From Octopus vulgaris (Eukaryota): DNA of 64,000 bases. How positions within the stretch are numbered: the stretch's first letter is position 1; every line of letters begins with the position of its first letter. Of this stretch, positions 43,995-59,929 are shown in pieces. Location of the stretch: contig OX597839.1 in assembly GCA_951406725.2 (NCBI GenBank), positions 6,820,001-6,884,000 on the forward strand, read 5' to 3'. A program made the translations under genes and the position numbers. A model generated the notes under the pieces. It was not told the origin of the DNA, searched no databases, and was given only the letters and a program-made list of their open reading frames with translations.

Positions 43995-44331
43995 TTTGTT
44001 TTTGTAGTTTCAGGTCAGAGCTGTGGCCACCCTGGAGCACCGCCGTTTTGCTACACTGGTATTACTGACATTCTCATCTAATATGTGGTACTTGGTGTAG
44101 AATGGAATTTGATGTAGCTATCCTCATTTGCTCCTCTTGCCGTGAGGGAGGTTCGTCTGGGATTCTCGACAGGAAGAGGTCCAGCCTTGATTTAAAAACG
44201 CCTGCATCTACTTTATGCAGGTTCCTTAGGCTCTTTGGGAGAATATTAAAAAGTTATGAGTCCCTGAAACCCAGGCTGTTGCAGTAACTGGTCCTGAAGC
44301 GCGATGGCATTGCTGGGATCTTTGGCGCTGT
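43995..44331 (-). mobile_element. CR1-like LINE 3' fragment
   Basis: [57 protein letters not shown], then a short 3' UTR. Confidence 0.85.
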
Positions 44332-44335
44332 ATAT

Positions 44336-44434
<99 letters not shown>

Positions 44435-44606
44435 TGTATATATGTATATATATATCTATATTCACATGTCTGTGTGTATGTATCTATATATATATATATA
44501 TAGCTATAGTATCCCTACATATCTCACATCTATTTTCTTTCCTCCACCTCACTCTCTATTTTGTATCTTATCTAAATTAAGTATTAATTAACCATCCTCT
44601 CACATC

Positions 44607-44658
44607 GTCTCCGATGAAGGGATATAATTAATAAATATCCTGGAAGCAGCTGTAAGAC
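44607..44658 (+). ncRNA. Minimal hammerhead motif, CCGAUGA core, GAAG variant
   Basis: gtct CCGATGA ag ggatat..atatcc tg GAAG cagctg TA agac; stem I gtct/agac, palindromic stem III. Confidence 0.65.
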
Positions 44659-44735
44659 CTTCTATCAATAAATGTTCTAATATCTACACAGCCTTGGTTT
44701 TTTTTTATCTCATTACGCAAAAAATTCTTATATGC

Positions 44736-44790
<55 letters not shown>

Positions 44791-44864
44791 GGTCCCGGGT
44801 TGATTCGGGGTTAACCACAGTAAGTAAGGTACTCAATACATAGCAGAGTAAAATTAATTTATTA

Positions 44865-44958
44865 TATAGAAGGAGCTTCTACAGGACTAGTACTGTTTCA
44901 TTCAAGAGAAATTTCTCTTGAATGAAACAGTACTAGTCCTGTAGAAGCTCCTTCTATA
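44865..44958. repeat. Perfect 94-bp spacerless palindrome
   Basis: Centre ttcaagagaaa|tttctcttgaa at 44911/44912. Confidence 0.95.
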
Positions 44959-44962
44959 ATAA

Positions 44963-45014
<52 letters not shown>

Positions 45015-45018
<4 letters not shown>

Positions 45019-45420
45019 TTTATTTTTTCAGTCATTTGACAGCAGCCATGCTGGAGCACAGCCTTTAGTAGAATAAATCGACCCAAGGACTTGTGTGGTA
45101 ACCACATGGTTCAGGGTTCATCCCCACTGTGTGGCACTGTAGGCAAGTGTCTTCCAATATAGCCTCGGGCTGACCAAAGCCTTTTGAGTAGATTTGGTAG
45201 ACGGAATCTGAAAGAAGCCCGTCATGTGTGTGTATGTGTGTGTGTGTGTTTGTGTGTATATCTGTGTGTGTGTGTATTCCCTACCACTGCTTGATAACTG
45301 GTGCTGGTGTGTTTGATTCCCGTAACTTAGTGGTCCAGCAATTACTGGGGTTGATTTATTCGACTAAAAACTAAAGGCGGAGCCCCAGGAAGGCAGCTGA
45401 CTAATGACTGAAAGAAGTAA
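45015..45420. mobile_element. SINE family B: inverted 3' end (45015-45090, -) fused to a + copy (45092-45420)
   Basis: ttcagtcatttgacagcagccatgctggagcac then accacatggttcagggttca..gactgaaag. Confidence 0.8.
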
Positions 45421-45449
45421 AAAAAAAGACAATAAAAAACATAAAAAGG

Positions 45450-45535
<86 letters not shown>

Positions 45536-45808
45536 CATAGAAAGTTATATAGATCGATAGATAGATAGACATATAGAGTGATAGAGATGAACACAGATTG
45601 AGATGTACATAGATAGAAAGATAGGTAGATAGATAAATAGATAAATAGAAAGATAGAGAATGAAATAGAGAGATATACAGACGGAGAGATAGATAGATAG
45701 AAAGATAGATATGAGGATGAATTTATTACGGACTTTAAAATACTATACCTTTTTTGGGAATCTGTAATAACACCAAAGCAAAACTGCACGTATTTTCTTC
45801 ATAAAGTG

Positions 45809-47971
<2,163 letters not shown>

Positions 47972-48438
47972 TCTCGTCAAACAATTTCAGCCATTTTAGC
48001 TCACGTTACTAGTTGTACATCACTGCAACTCACCGTATCTCAACTCGACCATTTCTTTCTCTCTTTTTCTTTCCATATTCCTTCTTCTCGCCCCTTTTAT
48101 TCCATCTTACGCAATCTCTCTCTTTACCTTTCATACACGCCGCACTTCTTACACAACTACTCCTCTTCCCCTCTCCTTCTCTCTTTCTCTCTGTCCTTTC
48201 CTCTTCATCTTCCTCTCTTCTCTCGGCATCTATAACGCCATTTCTACGTTTAAACAATCCTAGAACTGACCGATCTCTTACCCAAGGACCCAAAGCCTAC
48301 GTTTGATGGCGTAAGAGTCGCTGGCCTTAAAAGCCATGTATATATATAAACAGTTCCTTTTAATATGTCAAAATATTTTTGTGCAGTGACCATTTGACGC
48401 TCAGCTTATGGAGTGCTTCGCTGCTATTATTGTTACAC

Positions 48439-48440
<2 letters not shown>

Positions 48441-48486
<46 letters not shown>

Positions 48487-48834
48487 CAGTGGTTGTAGTG
48501 GTGGTGGTAGTGGTAGTAGTAGTTATTCTTCTCCTCATTCTTCTTCGTCTTCTTCTTCTTCTTCTCCTTCTTTTTCTTCTTCTTTTTCTTCTTCTTCTTC
48601 TTCTTCTTCTTCTTCTTCTCCTTCTCTTCTTCTCTTCTTCTTCTTCTTCTTCTTCTTCTTCTTCTTCTGTTTCTTCTTCTTCTTCTTCTTCTTCTTCTTC
48701 TTCTTCTTCATCTCCTTTTCCTTCTCCTTCTCCTTCTTTTTCTTCTCCTTCTCACTCTTCTTCTTCTTCGTCTTCTTCTTCTCCTCATTCTTCTTCTTCT
48801 TCTTCTTCTTCTTCTTCTTCTTCTTCTTCTTCTT

Positions 48835-48870
<36 letters not shown>

Positions 48871-48968
48871 TTACTTATTTTTGCTTTTCGACTTCTGCTT
48901 TTTCTTGTCTAATATTCTAATTCTTTCATCATCATCATCATCATCAACATCATCATCATCATCATCAA

Positions 48969-49009
<41 letters not shown>

Positions 49010-49030
49010 CCACCAGCAGCAGCGGCAGCA
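48441..49030. repeat. Compound (GTA)n/(TTC)n/(CTA)n/(ATC)n microsatellite
   Basis: Directly visible. Confidence 0.93.
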
Positions 49031-49618
49031 GCAGTAGCAACCACAACATAATGGTGGTCATGATGATGATAGTAGTGGTCAATATTTCTGCATCATGATG
49101 GTATCGTTGCTGTTGCTGATTTATGATTGACAGTACTTGACTGATGAGTGACGGTGGTGGTGGCTGTGATGGTGATTGTATGAGTTGTAGTATTTGTAGT
49201 GGTTGTGGTAGAGAGGGTGGTGGTGATGGTGTTTGTGGTGGCGTCGTCGGCTGTGGTGGTGGTGACGAAGGTGGTGTTGGTGATGGTGGTGATGATGGTG
49301 GTGGTATTGGTGGTGGTGGTTGTAGTGGTGGCGGTTGTGGTGGTGGTATTGATGGTCGTCGTATTGGTGGTGGTGGTTGTGGTGCTGGTGGTGGTAATGA
49401 TGGTGGTGACGATGGCGATGGTGATGGTGGTGATGATGGTGTTGGTGGTGGTGGTGGTGGTGGTGGTGTTGGTGCTGGCTGCGGCTATGGCAGTGGTGGC
49501 TGTGGTAGTGGTGATGGTGGTGTCGGTGGTGGCTGTGGTAGTGGTGGTGGACGTGGTGGTAGGTAGATAGATATACAGCCATATAGATGATAGTAGCAGC
49601 AGCGGTAGTAGCAGTAGT

Positions 49619-49649
<31 letters not shown>

Positions 49650-49788
49650 ATAGTAGTAGTAGTAGTAGTAGTAGTAGTAGCAGCAGCAGTAGTAGCAGCA
49701 GCAGTAGTAGTAACGTATACGAGTTTCTACTGCTTCACATGCGTCCCCTTCATGTGCATGATGGCGTTTGGAAAGTAGATTAGATGAC

Positions 49789-50378
<590 letters not shown>

Positions 50379-50570
50379 AACACTTCATTCTTGCTTTGTT
50401 GTGAAGCCTGTTTCGTTGTTTCTTGCGATATTTTAGTGTCATGTCCGCTGTTTATTGAGTAGAGATATTGTACTCTAAGCTATGTTATTTTCTATGCTTT
50501 GTTAAGCGCCTCAATTTGTAGTTATGTGTTTATAATATCGGACATTGAAGGTGGAGAATATGAGTAAAAA

Positions 50571-50735
50571 GGCGTTGGAGTGGCTGTGTGGTAAGTAGTT
50601 TGCTTACCAACCACATGGTTCCGGGTTCAGTCCCACTACGTGGCACCTTGGGCAAGTGTATTCTACTATAGCCTCGGGCCGACCAAAGCCTTGTGAGTGG
50701 ATTTGGTAGACGGAAACTGAAAGAAGCTCATCGTA

Positions 50736-50822
<87 letters not shown>

Positions 50823-50972
50823 TTGTGTGTCTGTGTTTGTAACATCGCTTGACAACCGATGCTGGTGTGTTTACGTCCCCGTAACATAGCGGTTCGGCAA
50901 AAGAGACCGATAGAATAATTACTAGGCTTACAAATAATAAGTCCTGGGGCCGATTTGATCAACTAAAAGGTG
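50571..50972 (+). mobile_element. SINE family B, near full length
   Basis: Both modules with an internal (TA)n(TG)n tract. Confidence 0.9.
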
Positions 50973-50974
50973 GA

Positions 50975-51385
50975 CCCCCACCTTAGCGGGGTGTGGGATT
51001 TGAACTGTTATCTTCATTAAGAGGGAAAAAAATATAGGTTTCCCGTTTTTGGGGATAAGCAATTTATTATTGCGTGAAAAATTAAATTTTAGCCGCTGTA
51101 GGTTCTATTGTGGCATCCGCCCCTAGCGTGGGCGAGATTTGAACTGTTGTCCTCGTTGTGTAAAAACAAAATATTATAGGTTTCCCGTTTTTGGGGATTC
51201 TGTATTTTTATTATTGTGTGGGGAAAAAAAATTAATTTCGAACGTTGTAGGCTTTTTTCTTACGTCTCCCCCCCCCCAGCGGGGTTAGGATTTGAACTGT
51301 TGTCCTCGTTGAGAGAAAAAAAAAAGTAAAAAATCATAGGTTTCCCTTTTTCTGGGATTAAATTGTGTATAAATTTATTTCGAAC
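50975..51385. repeat. Three diverged ~140-150 bp tandem units
   Basis: gatttgaactgtt at 50997, 51136, 51289, each followed by ataggtttccc..gggat. Confidence 0.85.
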
Positions 51386-52375
51386 GAAATGTGTCGGTCG
51401 AAATAATTCAAGAAACTAACCAGCTGCATGAGCCAGCAAAAAGTTCGCGGCAGTAGCCGCTGTATCGTGTAAGTATGTAGTAATAGAAATGGAGAAGCTC
51501 TCCGAGCTTTTTGAGAGAATGAAAGAGGAGGGTGGGGACATAAAGATCTCACACTCATAAAGATCTCCCCTAGTGTTGAAAATCTGAAGAGAAGTACAGT
51601 CGTTTACAAAACGTACTGTCCTTCATCGAAAAAATTCAAGCAAGCACTTCGAAAAGTGCGAAATAGAAAAATGCCTGGTCCCTGTATGGAAAGATATAAA
51701 ATACATAGCGAGGGGCCGAGCATATGGGTCAATAGAGGCCAGATTTGAGACGGCCAAAAAAGCCAAAGAGCACTCAGTGAGTCCCCTGAAAATGAAGGAG
51801 GTGGTGCTGCTCCCAACATACATGGGAAGGAGAAATATATATATATATATATTTGCAACTTATCGGTTTCTTTTGACGTACCGCTAAGTTATGGGGTTGC
51901 AAACACACCAATTCTAGTTATATATATGTAATGCGCGAGTGTTTTTGCATCTGTGTTTCATATCACCACTTACAACCGATGTTCGTGTGGTTACGTCACC
52001 GTACCCTAGCGGTTCGACAAAAGAGTCCGATAGAACAAGTACTAGGCTTAAAAAGTAATCGTGGGCTCTGATTTGCTTGACTAAAATCATCCTCGGCTGT
52101 ACTCCAGCAACCACCAGTCGAACCATTCAACCCACATTAGCATGGAAAACGGACAATGACGACGACGATGATGATGATGATGATGATGATGATGAGGAGG
52201 AGGAGGAGGAGGATGGTGATGATGATGATGGATCCCTATTTTCCTTCATCATATATAGACACATATATGTGTGTATTTATGCTTTAATGTTTCGCTTTAG
52301 CATAGCGATACGAAAAGCCTGATGTTTATACACACACACGCGCACACACAAACACACACGTATACATATACACAC

Positions 52376-52407
<32 letters not shown>

Positions 52408-52443
52408 TACACACATGTTTAAATAGATGTATATATGTGTATA

Positions 52444-52483
<40 letters not shown>

Positions 52484-52767
52484 TACATTTCTCTCTATAT
52501 ATAATTATAGATAAGTATGTGTATCCAGGATTCCAAAAGGTTTGTTGGAATGCATTCGTCATTATGAAAGCTCGTTTGCTTTACCAAAATGACACTATAA
52601 TATATATTTAATGGGTCTATCCCCGGATTTCCGCCATTCCACTGCACTAAATAAATAAATTAATACACTACAAAGACAAAGAACTAGATATCAGCCATTA
52701 GAGAATACCCGAACATTGTTGCTAACGCTGATCCACCCTGGCCGTGTATTTCTGAAGAACGTATACG

Positions 52768-52930
52768 TAGGCGCAGGCGTGGCTGCCTGCTAAGAAGTTC
52801 GCTTTCCAACTGCATGGTTCTGGATTCAATCCCACTGCGTGGCACCTTTGGCAAGTGTCTTCTACTATAGCGTCGGGCAGACAAAAGCCTTGCGAGTTGA
52901 TTTGGTAGACGGAAACTGAAAGAACCCTGT
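52768..52930 (+). mobile_element. SINE family B, 5' module
   Basis: taggcgcaggcgtggctg..ggaaactgaaagaa. Confidence 0.82.
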
Positions 52931-52935
52931 TATAT

Positions 52936-53040
<105 letters not shown>

Positions 53041-53044
53041 GATA

Positions 53045-53622
53045 AGTTTCTTTATTGGCCACACAGGGCTGCACACAGATGGGACAAGTTACAAGGTAGA
53101 GCTTTTCTTTTGGGGGATGAAGAAAACAAAAAACAAAAGAAAAAAAAAGGGGTGGCGTAGGTTTTCGATCAAGAGGGATCGTAAAAGGGAAGAAAAGAAC
53201 AAAAAATAAATAAATAAATAAAATAAAAAATAAAAAGAATAAAAAGAAAAAAAAAGAAAAGGAAAAGGAACAAAAGGAAAGAGAAATGAAAAAAGAAGAA
53301 AAAAGGGGGAAAAAAGGGGAAGAGGAAAAAAAGAACGATCAATAGGGATATGTGTATCACAGTCTTATGATATATGGTGTAAAGGGGAAAGCAAGTAAGG
53401 TTTATCCGTGGGAAGAAAAGCCTACGAAAAAGACCACGGTAACCTTGGTCAATATTGTTATATGTTACCACATTTGTTTGCAATTGGGTAACCCTCTGTT
53501 TTCAATTTCTGGGTTCATAGGATTATGCTCAATGTGGCTTCGACATTCATACGTGCCATCCTTGTTACATTCACCCATCTTTTTTTTTAAACAGATGGGT
53601 GAATGTAGCAAGGATGGCACGT

Positions 53623-53624
<2 letters not shown>
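53045..53624 (-). mobile_element. Tx1/L1-clade LINE 3' end with 5' foldback
   Basis: Reverse complement aligns with 47385-47843; (AGAT)n on both flanks. Confidence 0.85.
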
Positions 53625-53696
<72 letters not shown>

Positions 53697-54264
53697 TTAG
53701 ATGAATATGGTACTTAAGTTCCGTCTACCAAACTCACTCACATGGCTTTGGTTGGCCCGAGGCTTGAGTAGAAGATACTTGACCAAGGAGCCACGCAGAG
53801 GGACTGAACCTGGAACACGCCCGCGCCATTTTTGTTTTGTTCTTTTCTTTGTCTAAGCTGACGAAGGAGCCCAGGAGCAATCGTTCTGGGGATAAAAATG
53901 GCTGTTTTAAAACTCCTGGACTTTCACTTTGGGGGATTTCCATGGAGGCTTTACACGAAGTTGCTGGAGCATTACAACGAGTGCTTGATGTGAAAGGATC
54001 CTTCTTTGAAGGAGATTAGGGTTTTTTATTTATTTGAAATAAACAAATGTCTCTCCTGGAAAGTCTGTAAATGCCAGGAATGTACCTTGTCTATAGGAAT
54101 CGTCTGGAATATTTCACTCACATACACGACAAACATGCATGAGACCAAACAAGTATGTATATGAAGTTGCGCATGTTCATTACGAGAACCACGCACACAC
54201 ATGTAAAGTTATACGCTTAGATACGTTTTCTGTACACTCATATACGTATACAAACAAATAAAAT

Positions 54265-54303
54265 CACACACACACACTACACACACTACACAAGCACGCA
54301 CAC

Positions 54304-54359
<56 letters not shown>

Positions 54360-54517
54360 ACACATATATATATATATATATAACATATATACGTATATAC
54401 AGATGATATATATATCGAAATATACGTGTGTGTATACATGAGTGTATGTGTGTGTATACATGAATGTATGTGTGTGTGCCAAGAAAGTACACACACACTA
54501 CACACTACACACGCACG

Positions 54518-54548
<31 letters not shown>

Positions 54549-54657
54549 GCATATATATATATACACACACACATATACGTATATACATATGATATATATA
54601 TCGAAATATACGTGTGTGTATGTTTGTATACATGAGTGTATGTGTGTGTATACATGA

Positions 54658-54693
<36 letters not shown>

Positions 54694-54703
54694 CAAGAAA
54701 GTA
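54265..54703. repeat. Two-copy ~210 bp tandem duplication of microsatellite-rich sequence
   Basis: cactacacactaca..tatatcgaaatatacgtg..gtgccaagaaagta occurs twice. Confidence 0.8.
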
Positions 54704-55249
54704 AAAGCATCAATTTGCCAATTTACATTCCTCTTCAATCCATTACTTCATAAACACATTATCTCAGAGTTACCCGGGTCAGTCTGTAATTTTTTATATA
54801 TTTCTCTTCGTCAATGTTACAGTACCCGACATTGTCATCGAGTACTTTTTCTTTATATTGCATAGTTTTACTTCATATATTAGGGTTTTTTTTTGTTTGT
54901 TTTTCATTTGTTTTCTTATATATTTTGTGTTCCTTGCTTTTTTTACACTTGCTAACTTCGCGTTAATGTTATGAAACGGCTGACTACAACAGTTATCGGT
55001 CACTTAGCGCAGTCATATATACACCCTCCAACGTATATATATATATAAATGTATGTATAAATAACATCGTGTATATGTCATACACACACACACACAAACA
55101 CAAACAAACATACACGCACACATACAGATATACATGCTTGCGTTCATATATATGTATATATATACATATATACATGTATTAGTGCGAGAGAGAATGATTC
55201 GTACATATATGCATACATGTAGGTGCACATTTCTCTTTGTCTATCTTTG

Positions 55250-55314
<65 letters not shown>

Positions 55315-55352
55315 GTGTGTGTATATAAATATATATAAATAGGTATGTATGG

Positions 55353-55452
<100 letters not shown>

Positions 55453-55873
55453 ACACAGCTTTTAGCGATGGCAAGCAGGAAAAACAAAACTCGAAACATA
55501 TGCACATGTTGTATTGTTTGTGTATGTGTGTGTGTGAGAGAGAAAGAGAGAGTGTCTGGTGGCGGCCTTGCATGTGCGCCCGTACGTACTTATGCGCGTG
55601 ACGGTGAATACGAATTTGTCTGACACTGTCTCAAATCAGATGTCTACACACACACACACACGCACACGCAGCACCACATGAAGGTGCTCATACGCACACG
55701 CACGAGCACAGTTTGCCGAAGCAGGTTCTTCGAACAACTGTCAGGACGTGTAAGATATACACTATGTGATGATAATGAGTTTGTTTTGTTTTTTAAAGCA
55801 CCGAATTCCTCTTTTCAATAGACAGATGTTCCATATTTGGCTCCACGGCGCAAAGTCATATATAACCGAGCAC

Positions 55874-55916
<43 letters not shown>

Positions 55917-56509
55917 GACATACATACGTACATAACTTACATACATAACATACATGCATACATAAACATACATGACATACATACATAAATAACATAACAT
56001 ACATACATGCATACATACATACAAACATAACATGCATACATACATAGAGAGCATGGCATACATACGTAGATAACATCATATACGTACATATCATAACATA
56101 CATACATGCATACATACATACAAACATACAGACATACATAACATACATACATTCATACATACATATATACATACATACATACATACATATATATAGATAC
56201 ATGAATACATACATACATACATACATATGCATTCATACATACATAAATACATACATACGTGCATGCATACATACATACATAAATACATACATACATACAT
56301 GCATGTATGCATACATACATACATGCCTACATACATGGCTCCAGCATGGCTCCAGTAAAGTGCTCCAGCATGGCTTCAGTAAAGCGCTAAAAGGTAAAAT
56401 AATTAAAAGATAAACGATTGACGATAATGCTTACCACTGACCACACGCATCCAACATATTCTCAGAAATTAGCAGCCGATACTGTTTAGAAAAATGACCC
56501 CCATAGTGT

Positions 56510-56776
56510 CAGTCTTCAAGGAAATCTCTTGTGAAAGGTAGAAGAGTCCAGTTTGCTGGACATTGTTGTAGAGCAGAAAACGAGGTAATTTCTACTCTTC
56601 TCCTCTGGAAGCCATTTGCTCGCGATACTAGAGAGCACACACTCTCCTACCCTGATGTAATCTCCAGGTATACTGGCATCCAGCAACAGGACCTCGGTAA
56701 TGCTATGATGGACCGTGAGGTCTGGCGTAACATAGTAAATTCCATTGTCTCGACCACGGTCGAACAATGATGATGA
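56510..56776 (+). mobile_element. RTE-like LINE 3' fragment
   Basis: RRVQFAGHCCR..LLWKP..MMDREVWRNIV fits the RTE-type ORF end (RRLRxxGHxxR..DRxxWR); short (TGA)n tail right after the stop. Confidence 0.78.
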
Positions 56777-56889
56777 CAATGGCAACCATTTCCAGCTCGT
56801 GTGCTGTAGAAACATGTTCTTCAGACACATCTGAGAACTATAATGGCTGAAAGCGACATATGCTATCAGGTCGTACAAAATACTGGGTT

Positions 56890-57202
56890 GTGGATGCACA
56901 TGGCCTAGTGGTTAGAGCAGCAGACTCGCAGTCGAGGGATCGCAGGTTCGAATCTCAGACCGGGCGATGTGTGTGTTTGTGAGCGAAAAATACCTAAGCT
57001 CCACGCGGCTGCGGCAGAAGGTAATGGCGAAACTTCTGCTGACTCTTTCGCCACAACTTTCTCTCACTCTTTCCTCCTGCATATTGCAGCTCACCTGCGA
57101 CGGACCGGCGTCCCGTCCAGGTGGGGAACCTATACGCCAAGAAACCGGGAAACCGGCCCTTATGAGCCAGGCATGGTTCGAGAAGGAACAATAAAAAAAA
57201 AA
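56890..57202 (+). mobile_element. SINE family C, full length with poly(A) and 13-bp TSD
   Basis: TSD aaaatactgggtt at 56877-56889 and 57203-57215; A-box tggcctagtgg, B-box ggttcgaatct. Confidence 0.93.
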
Positions 57203-57476
57203 AAAATACTGGGTTAAATCGTGTCAATATGTCTGTTGGCAAAAATGTGAGCCATCAAACGACTAATAGGGAACTTTGCTGCTAAAAAAGGGGACAAATG
57301 TTATTTCTTCTTAGTTTCATAATGAATGGGATTTCTGTAAATTGTGCATTAATGAATGATGACAAAAAGATAATAAAATCAGATATCCTCATCATCGCAT
57401 GACTTTTCTCTTTCTTTTCTTCCTCCTCCTCTCACCCTATTCGTCATCGTCACCATTATCGTTGAGATAATTGTCA

Positions 57477-57860
57477 CATCATCATCATCATCATTATCAT
57501 CATCGTCGTCATCATCATCGTCGTCATCATCATCATCATCATCATCCTCAACATCATCAACATCACCGTCATCATCACCATCATCATCATCATCGTCATC
57601 ATCATCGTCATCATCATCATCAACATCATCGTCATCATGAACATCGTCATTATCATCATCAACATCATCGTCATCATCATCATCAACATCATCGTCATCA
57701 TCATCACCACCACCACCACCACCACCACCATCACGAACCTTCTCTTCATCATTATCATTCTTCTAATCATCATCATCATCACTACCACCCTTACTCCTCC
57801 TTCTCCCCTCCTCCTCCTCCACCTCATCATCATCATCATAATCATCAATATCAACATCAT
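57477..57860. repeat. Degenerate (CAT)n microsatellite
   Basis: Directly visible. Confidence 0.9.
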
Positions 57861-58658
57861 TACTTTCGATATCATCTCCATATAAGGCTACAGTAAACTA
57901 CCTCCTCCACCTGGCCCACCTCACAAACCCTAATTCAATTCATCAGGCCTTTCTCTGCCTTTCTTCAGACCCCTCCCCCCACCTAACCCTTTCACTCTAC
58001 ACCTAACCCCCCCCTACACCTTCGCCCAAACCCCTCTTTCTTCCTGCCCCTTAAACAAGCAAAGATTTTCAATTAAGTCTCTCATCCTTGCGCAACATAT
58101 GGATGTGCAGATTCTTCCAAGACATGGCGAGAGTTCATAAGAAATTCGACGTTTTGGTGCATGTTATACACCCGTACACAACTACATACGAACATACATA
58201 TATGCATACATACATACATACATATATGTGTGTATATGCATATATCAGTGTATCTATTTACATATATGTATATATGTGTGTGTGTGTTTGCCTGTGTGTG
58301 TGCATACATATATATGTAAGTATATATATATATATATATATATACATGCATGTATGTATTATATATATACATATATACATATATACATACAGTTGTGCAA
58401 ACATTCGTACCTACACACTCAAAATATACACTCTCTCTCTCACACACGCACGCACATACACACACACACACAGACACACACGTATTTGCACGCATACATT
58501 TATATACACGCAAATTACCCCACGCATATAAACATGTGTATATTACTAATATTTACTTTATATACAGAAGAATACATATAAGTTCTAAGCACAGACAATG
58601 TAAATATTTACATAAAGTACACCTATTCATGTACATATATACACAAACACATATATAC

Positions 58659-58697
<39 letters not shown>

Positions 58698-58719
58698 TTA
58701 TATTCACATAAACACACTC

Positions 58720-58782
<63 letters not shown>

Positions 58783-58850
58783 ATATGTATATATATGTTT
58801 GTGAAATAAGAAATATTCATGTACATATATACACAAATGCATATATATAC

Positions 58851-58948
<98 letters not shown>

Positions 58949-59087
58949 TTATATTCACATAAACACACTCAAAACATATATATATATTTATGTATATATA
59001 TGTTTATGAAATAAGAAATATTCATGTACATATATACACAAACGCATATATATATACATATATATATATATATAGCATATATGTAGC

Positions 59088-59121
<34 letters not shown>

Positions 59122-59126
59122 GTATG

Positions 59127-59160
<34 letters not shown>

Positions 59161-59530
59161 TGTATATGTATATATATGTTTGTGAAATAAGAAATTCTGG
59201 ATAGATAAAAAGCAGACAAATAGTAAAGAAATAGCAAAGGCCTATATAGAAATAGCAAGCGATACAGTGTTCTTGGCAGTTAATCTTTCCCTTTGGTCCT
59301 TGTTTAGTTTAAATTTATTTTTGCCAAAAATTGCACCCAATTTAAATTATATTTCTCTTCCATTCACTCCGACCAGTTTCTTTGTACCATTGTTTATTTA
59401 TCCGCTCCAATATTTGAAAAAGAGAGAGAGAGAAAGAGAAAAAAAGAGGAAAAGAAGAAAAATTAAACAGGTTTTTTTTTTGTGCATGCAACATTTTTTC
59501 TTCTGTATTTTTCTATATTTAAATATTTGC

Positions 59531-59574
<44 letters not shown>

Positions 59575-59614
59575 GGTGGCGTTTTCATTACGGCGCCGAT
59601 ATAACCAAATGAAA

Positions 59615-59929
59615 GGCGGCGAGCTGGCAGAAGCGTTAGCACGCCGGGCGAAATGCTTAGCCGTATTTCGTCTGCCGCTATGTTCTGAGTTCAAATTCCG
59701 CCGAGGTCTACTTTGCCTTTCATCCTTTCGGGGTCGATAAATTAAGTACCAGTTACGCACTGGGGTCGATGTAATCGACTTAATCCGTTTGTCTCTCCTT
59801 GTTTGTCCCCTCTATGTTTAGCCCCTTGTGGGTAGTAAAGAAATAAGAAACGTTAGCACGCCGGACGAAATGCTTAGTGGTATTTCGTCTCCCGTTACAT
59901 TCTGAGTTCAAATTCCGCCGAGGTCGACT
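59615..59929 (+). mobile_element. SINE family A plus a partial tandem second unit
   Basis: Full unit 59615-59845, restart agaaacgttagcacgccgg at 59846, truncated at 59929. Confidence 0.9.

Noticed and set aside
51620-51690. KQALRKVRNRKMPGP resembling the LINE RT N-terminal K.PGPDG motif
   Set aside because: Too short, with no continuing RT similarity in any frame I could see.
56896-56970. tRNA gene at SINE heads (also 31815, 39682, 40970)
   Set aside because: A/B boxes continue into SINE bodies, with poly(A) and TSDs in the full copies; no complete cloverleaf.
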